Origin: Candidatus Freyarchaeum deiterrae
GTDB taxonomy: Archaea; Asgardarchaeota; Jordiarchaeia; Jordiarchaeales; Jordiarchaeaceae
Assembly (NCBI GenBank): GCA_037305845.1
Contig: CP147778.1
Span: forward strand, 256,001 to 320,000
Length of the DNA stretch: 64,000 nt
Direction: 5' to 3'
Positions 40,850-49,908 of this stretch are shown piece after piece. The notes beneath the pieces were generated by a model. It was not told the origin of the DNA. It worked only from the letters and a program-made list of their open reading frames with translations, and searched no databases. A program made the position numbers and the translations under genes. Every line of letters begins with the position of its first letter. Positions within the stretch are counted from its first letter, which is position 1.

Positions 40850-41602
40850 TTACATTTTTCCCTCCTGCCTCAATCTTCGAAGAAGTGGGTCTTCAATTCC
40901 TGCTTCCTCAAATCCTTTAGCTCTCAGAATACAGGAATCGCATTCACCGCAGGGAACCTCTCCGCCCTTGTAGCAGCTCCAAGTCCATTCTAGGGGTGCA
41001 TTTAACTGGGTTCCTAACTCCGCTATTTCCTTCTTGCCCTTGTAGAGAAGTGGAGTTTCTATTTTCATTTCGACATTATACTTGGTTCCAACTTTGCTTG
41101 CAACCTTCATCAGTTCGTTGATTTTCTCGTAAAATTCTGGTCGGCAGTCGGGGTAACCGGAATAGTCTAATGCGTTTGCAGCTATGAAAATTCTGGCTTC
41201 TATCTCCTTCGGTTTAATTTCGTCTTTTTCTATTTTGTACAGGATTTCGGATTCAAGATAAGCTGCGGCTAATGTAATGAGGAAGGTATTCCTCAGGGGG
41301 ACGTAAGTTATGGGGATGTCCTCTGCCATTTCCTCAGTACTTCGCCCTTCGGGAACAGCGAACAATTCAGGGGTGGTCAGTGCACTGTACCAGGCTACCT
41401 CATTGAATTGTGAAACGTTCACCACTTTGTGTGGTATGTTCAATTTTTCAGCGACCAGCTGAGCACATTTAACCTCCTTACTTAACCTCTGCCCGTAGTG
41501 AACTGTGAGAGCGTAGACTTCGTAGCCTAAACTTTTGGCATAGGCTGCGGTGGTTGTGGAGTCTAAACCTCCACTTAACAGTACGACACCTATCTTAACC
41601 AT
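40850..41602 (-). CDS. queC: 7-cyano-7-deazaguanine synthase
   Basis: LSGGLDS, TYVPLRN, YSGYPDCR, WSCY...CGECDSC. Confidence 0.96.
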   Translation of the reverse strand: MVKIGVVLLSGGLDSTTTAAYAKSLGYEVYALTVHYGQRLSKEVKCAQLVAEKLNIPHKVVNVSQFNEVAWYSALTTPELFAVPEGRSTEEMAEDIPITYVPLRNTFLITLAAAYLESEILYKIEKDEIKPKEIEARIFIAANALDYSGYPDCRPEFYEKINELMKVASKVGTKYNVEMKIETPLLYKGKKEIAELGTQLNAPLEWTWSCYKGGEVPCGECDSCILRAKGFEEAGIEDPLLRRLRQEGKM

Positions 41603-41675
41603 AAATACTCTCCTCAACTATCTAGGTACCCCGATGTACACTATAAAAGTATGTCGATGGCACTATTAGAGTGTA

Positions 41676-42401
41676 TCACAGGTTTTCTTCCATTTTGCTC
41701 TCCTTAATATTCAGTTTTCCTTTCAAGTTCATGATTGTGATTATGGACTTGTGTGTTCCATCTTGGTCTCTGCTGAACACTAATTTAGCCCATTTGATGG
41801 ACGGATCGGACTGGTATTTCTTCTTAAGCTCATTAGCTCTCAAGAACGACTTAACCAATACTCTTTTTCTCCGTTCATTCGATTCAAATGAGTCATACAT
41901 TGAGTAGAGGCGTCCTGCAACGACCATCTTAACTTTGGGATTCCGAAAGTCCAGGTAAATCATATCCGCATCCACCGATTTGAAGAGCACGCCAAGAAGC
42001 CATTCCACCCGCCAATCCTCACTCGGCAAAGGGTTGGGGGACCTAGCATACTCTATATGCTCAGCGCCCCAGACGAAGAAGGGTATCACATCAATCATTC
42101 TGGCCACAGATTCTACTCCTTCTGGTGGAGGGAAGGGGCTTTCGAACTCGATTTCATATTCGCCTTTACCAACAGCCTCATCCAGAGCTTCGGTTAATTC
42201 GTCTACAAAGCTCTTCATGTCTTCAGCGGTTGGATCTTTGCGTTTAAACGCGTCTCCGTGATGTAGATAAATGACTCTATCGCCCTCAACCAAAGATTCT
42301 TCGCTGGGCATATCGTCAATAATCTCTCTGAGATCCACTTCCAAGAACGCGTTCAGATTCTCTATAACGCCTTTTTCCAAATTCCAATCTATATCAACCA
42401 T
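41676..42401 (-). CDS. Hypothetical protein
   Basis: 241-aa ORF with normal composition; no motif recognised. Confidence 0.7.
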   Translation of the reverse strand: MVDIDWNLEKGVIENLNAFLEVDLREIIDDMPSEESLVEGDRVIYLHHGDAFKRKDPTAEDMKSFVDELTEALDEAVGKGEYEIEFESPFPPPEGVESVARMIDVIPFFVWGAEHIEYARSPNPLPSEDWRVEWLLGVLFKSVDADMIYLDFRNPKVKMVVAGRLYSMYDSFESNERRKRVLVKSFLRANELKKKYQSDPSIKWAKLVFSRDQDGTHKSIITIMNLKGKLNIKESKMEENL

Positions 42402-42609
42402 GACGCTCTAACCGCCCTTCAACAGTCTCATCCTCAAAATATCTTTACTTATCTTAATCATAAGAGGACGTTCTTGCTAGAATCTATGTAACCAAAGAAT
42501 AAACAGATAATTATGTTGAGTATGAGAGAATAACAGCAGACGAAAATTACACTCATCATGCAAAAATAATTAATAGTAGGATTTAAAGTATATATAAGCA
42601 AAAAGGTAG

Positions 42610-42915
42610 GTGGTTAAAATGGCTGAAGACCCTTTGAAGGTTTATGAAAAATGGGATCCAGAGATTCGCAAGCAGGTTGAAAATACCCGGCATCTTGCCT
42701 TTAAAGATGGATCATTACCGGGTAAAATTAAGATTCTCATAGCGTTGGCTTTAGACGCTTCCCACGGATCCGTTCTAGGCGTTAAGGCATTGGCTAACGC
42801 AGCAATGAAAGCTGGAGCTTCTAAAGCGGAGATCGGAGAAGCTTTAAGAGTAGCCGTATACGTTTGCGGGGCGGGAAGTGCTTTCACAGCTGCACAAGCC
42901 CTTAGGGAATTATAA
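42610..42915 (+). CDS. Carboxymuconolactone decarboxylase (CMD/AhpD) family protein
   Basis: DGSLPGKIKILIALAL...AMKAGASKAEIGEAL. Confidence 0.88.
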   Translation: MVKMAEDPLKVYEKWDPEIRKQVENTRHLAFKDGSLPGKIKILIALALDASHGSVLGVKALANAAMKAGASKAEIGEALRVAVYVCGAGSAFTAAQALREL

Positions 42916-43098
42916 TAAATCGCGTACGGCTACTCCACACTTTCACGATAATTGTTAAACCTTATAAATTCGAAATCTACAAAGATTACGTAAGAAGAAG
43001 TAACGCCAAAAGGTAGTGGAAAAAAGATTCCACTTATTTAGGAGGAAGTGCATAGAGTAATCAGGCTGCATTTTCCAAATTTTTATGGGGGACAACTC

Positions 43099-43545
43099 AT
43101 GAGTTTTGCGGCTAATGATTTGGATTTCGACGTTTTGAGGGAGCCCTGGAATATTTATCAGCTTGAAGAGGGCCCTATTCTGCGAGTTAAATACGTGTTA
43201 ACGAGGTTTGTAAGGCAAAAGGATGCTGGAGGGCTTGTTGGCTACGCTTTCAAGGGCCAAAACGTTGTTTCCTTATCTCACTTTCCCGAAGAATTGAGAG
43301 GCTCTCCCTCGCCCAGAGTGTACAGTTCAGAGGAACTTCAAGCCTCTATAGTTAATGAGAGTGTTCGATACTCAACACTTGTGGAGGAGTGGAACGAATA
43401 CGTTGCTGAGGATGGAGCAAACATAAGATTAAAAATAACCATAACGCAAGTGTGCAAGACAAACAAAACTGATAGTGACGGAGAACCCATATACCTGGTT
43501 AAAACCTCCTTGCTCCCACAAATAACCCCTCCCAAAAAATCATAA
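43099..43545 (+). CDS. Hypothetical protein with an internal two-fold repeat
   Basis: EPWNIYQLEEGPILRVK and EEWNEYVAEDGANIRLK. Confidence 0.75.
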   Translation: MSFAANDLDFDVLREPWNIYQLEEGPILRVKYVLTRFVRQKDAGGLVGYAFKGQNVVSLSHFPEELRGSPSPRVYSSEELQASIVNESVRYSTLVEEWNEYVAEDGANIRLKITITQVCKTNKTDSDGEPIYLVKTSLLPQITPPKKS

Positions 43546-43656
43546 AACTAATTATTTTGTGCTTAGTATTTTTTGGGCAAAAGAGTAATTAGATTGAGGT
43601 GGAGTAGTTTTTATAGAAGGAAGAAATACGAGGGTTATGGAAAGTAGGCAAGTCTT

Positions 43657-44994
43657 GTGGTGTTAGAAATGGTTGAAGTGACTTTTTATGGTGGGGTTGG
43701 AGAGGTCGGTGGAAACATGTTCCTTCTGCGTGACGGGGATACCAGGGTTTTTCTGGACTTCGGTATGAACTACGCCTCAAGGAGAAACTTTTACACCTGG
43801 CCTGCTCTACAACCGAGAGACGAGAGAGGATTGCTGAATTTCGGACTCATACCCAACCTAACTGGAATATACAAATATGATGAAAAGTCTGAGCCGAGTA
43901 TTGATGCTGTTTTCCTCACCCATGCTCACGGGGATCACACCGGCTATGTCCCATTAATTAAAAGAGAGATTCCTATTTACTGCGGCGAGACCACCAGCCT
44001 CATGATGAAGACACTCGCCGCCACCGGTAGAAGTAAAAACTTTGAGAAGGACTTGACCGGAATAGAGTGGAAAACATTTAGGACCGGAGATCACCCAAAA
44101 GTCGGAGACATAGAAATTGTTCCGATACATGTAGACCATTCTGTTCCCGGAGCGTATGGTTTCATAATTCACACCTCTGAGGGAACCTTAGTTTACACTG
44201 GAGATTTAAGGACACACGGAACAAAACCCGAGTTAACTGAGGATTTTGTGAAAAAGGCGGCAGAGGAGAAGCCCGAAACTGTTATTTGTGAGGGCACAAA
44301 CATTATGCAGGCGAGGGTCTCAAGTGAAAGTAATGTGGAGTTGGAGCTTAACACAGTAGCAGCCAGTACCCCGAATATCATGTTAACCAGCTTCGGTCAC
44401 AACGACATTGACAGGCTTAGAACATTCTACAACGTAGCCCAAAAGAATGACCGGTACCTTGTTATTTCCTTGAAGCAGGCCTACCTGCTAAGAGAACTCC
44501 AAAAAGATCAAAAACTAGACGTCCCAGATGTAACTGGAAACAGGTTCATAATCTTAGACGAGGAGAATACAAGAAACAAGTGGGAGAGGGATGAAATTCA
44601 GAAATATAACAACACTAAAACCGTTGCGGAGATTGCGAAAATTCAGAACAAATTGATTTACGTCCTATCTCAGTTCGACTTAAACGACCTAGTAGACATT
44701 AAACCCGAGGCTGGCGGCGTATACGTCTACTCATCCTCAGAACCCTTCACGGAGGAAGGAGAAATAGACTTTGAGCGGCTGAAAAACTGGCTAGCCAGCT
44801 ATGGACTGCCACTCTACCAGATACACGTCTCAGGTCACATAATGCCCCATGAACTCAGAGAAATATTAAAAGAAATCCAACCAAAAAAACTAGTACCGGT
44901 GCACACCGAATATCCTGAAACATTCAAGAAATACTTTGAAAAAACAATCGAGATAAAACTGCCCACAAAAAACCAACAAATGAAAATTTTCTAA
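43657..44994 (+). CDS. Metallo-beta-lactamase/beta-CASP RNase J-like nuclease
   Basis: GGVGEVGGN, THAHGDH, VDHS, YTGD, HVSGH, PVHTE. Confidence 0.92.
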   Translation: MVLEMVEVTFYGGVGEVGGNMFLLRDGDTRVFLDFGMNYASRRNFYTWPALQPRDERGLLNFGLIPNLTGIYKYDEKSEPSIDAVFLTHAHGDHTGYVPLIKREIPIYCGETTSLMMKTLAATGRSKNFEKDLTGIEWKTFRTGDHPKVGDIEIVPIHVDHSVPGAYGFIIHTSEGTLVYTGDLRTHGTKPELTEDFVKKAAEEKPETVICEGTNIMQARVSSESNVELELNTVAASTPNIMLTSFGHNDIDRLRTFYNVAQKNDRYLVISLKQAYLLRELQKDQKLDVPDVTGNRFIILDEENTRNKWERDEIQKYNNTKTVAEIAKIQNKLIYVLSQFDLNDLVDIKPEAGGVYVYSSSEPFTEEGEIDFERLKNWLASYGLPLYQIHVSGHIMPHELREILKEIQPKKLVPVHTEYPETFKKYFEKTIEIKLPTKNQQMKIF

Positions 44995-45115
44995 AAATAA
45001 TTTGAATCGCTCTTTAGAGAAAAACAAGATGTAAATCTGTGAATGCTTGTTACGCTCGATTCTATTTAATACTGAACGTAGGTTTTAGCTAAGGTGGATA
45101 AAATTGGTAAGAAAA

Positions 45116-45562
45116 ATGAAAGTGTATCTGGACACATCGGTGATTTCTGCATTGTTTGATGATAGGAACCCAGAGAGGAAATCACTCACAGAGTCTTATA
45201 TTATGCAAGTTGAAACTTTTGAAGTGTATATTTCAGAGATTACAGTTGCCTAAATTAATAGAACTCTGGACTCGGAACTTCGGAACAAAATGAGAAAAAA
45301 GGTATCGCAGTTTTCAGTGCTTTCTCTAACCGATGATGTGAAGTGGTTAGCAGAGCAGTATATTCGCTATGGTGCAATTCCCGAGAGTTATCAAGAAGAT
45401 GCGTATCACATTGCTGTCGCTGTTATAAATGAGATGGACTTCCTTTTAAGTTGGAATTTCAAGCATATCGTAAGGATAAAAACAAGGGATATAGTGAGGA
45501 TGGTAAACACTTTAAATAATCTAAGACAAATAGTAATCATAACGCCAGCGGAATTGTTATAG
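45116..45562 (+). pseudogene. PIN-domain (VapC-like) toxin with an in-frame TAA
   Basis: MKVYLDTSVI...ISEITVA*(45251-45253)...DAYHIAVA...SWNFKHI. Confidence 0.88.
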
Positions 45563-45573
45563 GATGCGAAATA

Positions 45574-45750
45574 ATGAGCAAAATCAGTGAGAAAGATATT
45601 GAAAAAATAAAAAGAGTGGTTGAAAAGGAGTTCCCAAATGATCCAGCTTTACAACAAGTTCACATTGCAAGAAAAATTATAGCCAAAGAGGCGGAACTCG
45701 AAGGGTTAAGTTTTCTTGAATATGTCAAATTGTTAGGAAAGCAAATTTAG
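45574..45750 (+). CDS. Small protein, putative partner of the PIN toxin (not in the ORF track)
   Basis: 58 aa, MSKISEKDIEKIKRVVEKEFPNDPALQQVHIARKII...; starts 11 bp after the PIN stop. Confidence 0.7.
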   Translation: MSKISEKDIEKIKRVVEKEFPNDPALQQVHIARKIIAKEAELEGLSFLEYVKLLGKQI

Positions 45751-45873
45751 AGTTTCTAACAATTATTTGACTATAATACACGATGCTTTTTAATTCTACA
45801 CCAGTTCCATATGTACTAGATTCGCGCCATAGGATAAGTGGTGTCTCACAAACTAACAGAACTCTTCAAATAA

Positions 45874-46081
45874 CTGACATACTCTCCACCTTGAAAGGTT
45901 GGGGGTTCTACACTTCTACTGTTAGAAGTGTGGGGCGTGTGCCACCGCCCGGTTAACGACTTCCGCACCTCTTTCGGGTGAGCAAGCCTTATTATTTTCT
46001 TTCCTCTTTTTCCGGTATTTAAACTCCCGCAATTCATCCTCGCCCTAAAGGGACCGAGGCTTTCTTGCTAATCATCTTTCT
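45874..46081 (-). mobile_element. IS200/IS605 mini-element, copy 4 (most divergent)
   Basis: Same ends; TTAC at 46082-46085; compensatory CCTCG/CGAGG change in the left-end hairpin. Confidence 0.9.
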
Positions 46082-46110
46082 GTAAGCCAAAAAATAATTC
46101 TCATAAGCAT

Positions 46111-46191
46111 CGAATATCCTGAAACATTCAAGAAATACTTTGAAAAAACAATCGAGATAATACTGCCAACAAAAAACCAACAAATGAAAAT
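46111..46191 (+). repeat. Direct repeat of the RNase J-like gene 3' end (44907-44987)
   Basis: 81 bp, CGAATATCCTGAAAC...CAAATGAAAAT, with two mismatches seen by eye. Confidence 0.92.
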
Positions 46192-46283
46192 CCTAGATTA
46201 AGAAGTTGTTAAATAAAATATAAAAAAAGGAAAGGTTAGAGCTCTAGCTCTTAATAATAGTTTAGCAGAAATTGTTAAGCGGC

Positions 46284-46532
46284 TTAGCAGGAACTGTGCT
46301 GAATAGCTCCCTCTGGGCAACCCTCAACGCATGCGCAGCATTCAGTGCAGTCTTCGACTCGCGGAGCTGTAGATTTGCCCTCAACTAACTCGTAGACATC
46401 AACGGGGCACACGTCAACGCAGTTAGCGTCTCCGGTGCACTTGTCCAAGTCGATTTTTATCACAATGCTTCCAGATTTGTATTCCTTTATATTTCCCTTT
46501 GCTGCGGGAGCTTTTGCTGGTTTTTTAGCCAT
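46284..46532 (-). CDS. Dicluster-type ferredoxin with a Lys/Ala/Pro-rich N-terminal tail
   Basis: CTGDANCVDVCP and CTECCACVEGCP. Confidence 0.92.
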   Translation of the reverse strand: MAKKPAKAPAAKGNIKEYKSGSIVIKIDLDKCTGDANCVDVCPVDVYELVEGKSTAPRVEDCTECCACVEGCPEGAIQHSSC

Positions 46533-46788
46533 TTCTGTTACCTCGCGACTTTTTTATTACCAATTATCTAAATCAGACAATTTTACATGGGATATATACT
46601 TTTTGGTTTATAAATTTTAATGGTCACCTAGCCATAAAACATTTAGATACGCCGTTCCACTAAATCTTAGTGGGGCATTTTGCAGAAAACTGGAAAACGT
46701 TTAAATCCAGCTGATTTAAGTAATATTCAAGCCACGCATTTCTGGTATATATAATACCAATAAATATTGTAAAGGAGGAGGCAAATTT

Positions 46789-47175
46789 ATGTCTAGCACA
46801 TCTGAAAAGAACAAGAAAATTGTTAGCGATTTTTATAATATGGCTTTAAATCAAAAAAAGCCAGAAGAGGCGGTATCAAAATACATGGGCAAGGTATATC
46901 GCCAGCACAACCCGAATGCAGGCGATGGTCCTGAAGCATTCATTAATTTTGTCAAAGGTTTCGTGAAGCAGTATCCAGAGCTGCATTTTGATTTCAAAAG
47001 GCTCATTGCTGAGGGTGACCTAGTTGTCGTTCATTCCCATTTGAAGGTGAACCCGGCGGATCGCGGTACTGCGGTTATGGACATATTCCGCGTAGACAAG
47101 GGAAAGGTTGTCGAACACTGGGACGTTTTGCAGCCGATACCTGAAAAGTCTGCTAACAAGAACACAATGTTCTAA
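46789..47175 (+). CDS. SnoaL/NTF2-like protein
   Basis: YRQHNP, IAEGDLVVVH, DIFRV...VEHWDV. Confidence 0.92.
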   Translation: MSSTSEKNKKIVSDFYNMALNQKKPEEAVSKYMGKVYRQHNPNAGDGPEAFINFVKGFVKQYPELHFDFKRLIAEGDLVVVHSHLKVNPADRGTAVMDIFRVDKGKVVEHWDVLQPIPEKSANKNTMF

Positions 47176-47254
47176 TGTGAACCTCGTCTACCTGCACGGA
47201 CGCGGTAAGTAAGAGTATTTTTAAGGAGAATAATGATGTGGAGGAGGATAGTTT

Positions 47255-48193
47255 ATGAAAGCAGTACAAATTAAAGAATACGGGCATATCGATGTAATTG
47301 AGATAAAAGAGGTAGATAAGCCGCGTCCTGCTAAAGATCAGGTGCAAATTGAGGTACATGCGTCAAGCATCAATCCCGTTGACTGGAAGATCAGGGAAGG
47401 TCACTTGGTTCAGATGTTCCCTGCGCAGCTACCGATAACTCTTGGTCGCGATTTAGCTGGCGTGATAACAGAATTAGGTAAGGAGGTAACCAACACAAGA
47501 GTTGGAGACAAAGTGTACGGCCAAGCCGGCGTATGGGGAGGAGGAAGCGGCGCACTCGCCGAATACGCTACGACACCGGCTGGAACGGTAGCAAAAATGC
47601 CTAAAAACCTTAGCTTTACTGAAGCAGCGGCTATAGTACTTGTAGGCGTAAGCGCTGTGCAAACACTCATTGAAGACATGAAGCTGAAGCGTAAGCAAAA
47701 GATTCTCATTCACGGTGGTGCCGGGGGCATTGGCACAATCGCGATTCAGATCGCAAAGAACATCGGCGCATACGTGACCACAACAGCAACCGGCAATGGC
47801 ATCGAGTACGTGAAGCAACTTGGAGCTGACGAAGTGATTGACTATAAAACCCAAGCATTCGACGAGAAGGTGTCAGGCTATGACGCTGTTTATGATACAG
47901 TAGGAGGCGAAACCTACACTAGATCTTTCAAGGTGCTAAAAAAGGGCGGCATCATTGTTTCAATGCTTGAACCACCAAACGCCAATCTCATGAAGCAATA
48001 CGGTGTTACTGCAATATTGCGGATGACACAAATAACTACCAAACGGCTTGATGTACTGAGGAAGTTTGTCGAGGATGGAGTCGTAAAGGTGCATATTGAG
48101 AAGACATATCCACTAAGCCAAATCAAAGAAGCGTTCAAGGCAAAAGAAACCGGAGATGTACTCGGCAAGATTGCCATTGAAATAAAGAAGTAA
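47255..48193 (+). CDS. NADPH:quinone oxidoreductase-type MDR
   Basis: SINPVDWK, HGGAGGIG, GADEVIDY, GKIAI. Confidence 0.95.
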   Translation: MKAVQIKEYGHIDVIEIKEVDKPRPAKDQVQIEVHASSINPVDWKIREGHLVQMFPAQLPITLGRDLAGVITELGKEVTNTRVGDKVYGQAGVWGGGSGALAEYATTPAGTVAKMPKNLSFTEAAAIVLVGVSAVQTLIEDMKLKRKQKILIHGGAGGIGTIAIQIAKNIGAYVTTTATGNGIEYVKQLGADEVIDYKTQAFDEKVSGYDAVYDTVGGETYTRSFKVLKKGGIIVSMLEPPNANLMKQYGVTAILRMTQITTKRLDVLRKFVEDGVVKVHIEKTYPLSQIKEAFKAKETGDVLGKIAIEIKK

Positions 48194-48322
48194 TCTTAAC
48201 TTAACAGTATTATTCACTACGGCAAAAGATCCAGAGTACCATTGAGCAGTGCATCTCTATTTTATAAGAAATAGGAGAAGAAGATTTCATTATAGAGAAG
48301 AATAATGAGGAGGAGTAAATGT

Positions 48323-49261
48323 ATGAAAGCAGTAAGAATTGAAAAATATGGAAATAATGACGTGATTCAAATAAAAGAGATTGATAAGCCGCGTCCTGCT
48401 AAAGGCCAAGTACAGATTGAAGTGCGCGCCTCAAGTATCAATCCCGTTGACTGGAAGGTTATGGAAGGCTACATGGCTCAGATGTTTCAAATGAAGCTGC
48501 CGATGACGCTTGGTCTTGATGTAGCGGGCGTGGTAACAGAAACAAGTAAAGATGTAACACACATAAAAGTTGGAGACAAAGTGTACGGCCAAGCCGCCGT
48601 ATGGGGAGGAGGAAGCGGCGCACTCGCCGAATACGCTACGACACCGGCTGGATCGGTAGCAAAGATGCCTAAAAATCTCAACTTTGCTGAAGCCGCAGCC
48701 ATAGTACTTACAGGAGTAAGCGCTGTGCAAGCGCTCATTGAGAACATGAAGCTGAAACCCAAGCAAAAGATTCTCATTCACGGCGGTGCCGGGGGCATTG
48801 GCACAATCGCGATTCAGATCGCAAAGAACATCGGCGCGTATGTGACCACAACAGCAACCGGAGATGGAATTAAGTACGTAAAGCAACTTGGAGCTGACGA
48901 AGTGATTGACTACAAAACACAAGCATTTGAGGAGAAGGTGTCAAACTATGACGCAGTTTATGATACAATAGGCGGCGAAACCTATAATAAATCTTTCAAG
49001 GTGCTTAAAAAGGGAGGCATCATTGTTTCGATGCTTATGCCGCCAGACGACAAACTTATGAAGCAATACGGTGTTACTGCAATAATCCAGATGACGCAAG
49101 TAGCCACTAAATTCCTTGATGAACTGACGAAGCTTGTCGAGAGCAAGGTAGTAAAGGTGCACGTGGAAAAGACATATCCACTAAGCCAAATCAAAGAAGC
49201 GTTTAAAGCACAACAATCCGGAAATGTGCGCGGCAAGGTTGCCGTTGAAATAAAAAAGTAA
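48323..49261 (+). CDS. NADPH:quinone oxidoreductase-type MDR, tandem paralog
   Basis: Same motifs; long stretches identical to the upstream gene at DNA level. Confidence 0.95.
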   Translation: MKAVRIEKYGNNDVIQIKEIDKPRPAKGQVQIEVRASSINPVDWKVMEGYMAQMFQMKLPMTLGLDVAGVVTETSKDVTHIKVGDKVYGQAAVWGGGSGALAEYATTPAGSVAKMPKNLNFAEAAAIVLTGVSAVQALIENMKLKPKQKILIHGGAGGIGTIAIQIAKNIGAYVTTTATGDGIKYVKQLGADEVIDYKTQAFEEKVSNYDAVYDTIGGETYNKSFKVLKKGGIIVSMLMPPDDKLMKQYGVTAIIQMTQVATKFLDELTKLVESKVVKVHVEKTYPLSQIKEAFKAQQSGNVRGKVAVEIKK

Positions 49262-49422
49262 TTTTAAATTAATAATAATATCATTCGATGCTGGCAAAAG
49301 ATTTAGAGTGCTGTTGAACAGTGCATCTCTATTCTATGTGAAGTAGGAGAAGAAGAATTTCTGTTTTCGAAATAATAAAGAAGGGGATTATTTCTAGTCC
49401 CCCTTTTGCTATTTTTTGTTTT

Positions 49423-49908
49423 TTAGGCGATTCTTTTGCCTGGCATTGGTGCTATGGAGCCGAGGTAGACTTCTTCCACCTTGATCAGGCCTATTGCACT
49501 GGGTCTGAAGTACGCGTTGTACTTTAGCTGTGGAACTTCGTTGAAAAAGTCGTATAGCATTCCAGAGTCTTGGAATCCCATGAATTTTCCTTTTACCTGG
49601 TATTGTATTTCTTTGTTGGCGAGTACGCTGACTGCGACTCTGCCGTTGGAGAGCAGATTTTTCTTGGTTTTGTTCAGTGCCAGGTCCGCGAAGACCAGTG
49701 TTTCAGGGTCTATTGCTATCATGGAAAGTATGTACACCACATTGGGTTTTCCCTCATCGTCCACAGTGGCCAGGAATTTGATGGTGTTCAAATCCGCGAA
49801 TTTCTCCATAACCTTGGGTGGCATCTTAACCATTAATATCATTTCCTCCACACATATTCTTTCTTCAATTCCATAACATAATATAATATAATCAACTTTG
49901 ATTTTCAT
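49423..49908 (-). CDS. Pyridoxamine-5'-phosphate-oxidase-like FMN-binding protein
   Basis: FLATVDDEGKPNV, KTKKNL, YQVKG; the true start is probably ~25 codons inside the ORF. Confidence 0.88.
   Translation of the reverse strand: MKIKVDYIILCYGIEERICVEEMILMVKMPPKVMEKFADLNTIKFLATVDDEGKPNVVYILSMIAIDPETLVFADLALNKTKKNLLSNGRVAVSVLANKEIQYQVKGKFMGFQDSGMLYDFFNEVPQLKYNAYFRPSAIGLIKVEEVYLGSIAPMPGKRIA

Noticed and set aside
40850-41602. QueC as part of a Dpd or QatABCD defence system linked to the island
   Set aside because: It is 26 kb from the island, has canonical motifs and has no dpd/qat neighbours; it fits archaeosine biosynthesis.
45846-46037. 63-aa ORF inside mini-element copy 4
   Set aside because: Loop indels differ among copies and do not preserve a common frame; it is not a tnpA or tnpB.
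46657-46673. CCACTAA-ATC-TTAGTGG inverted repeat as an operator
   Set aside because: A single 7-bp instance with no adjacent regulator; not distinguishable from chance.
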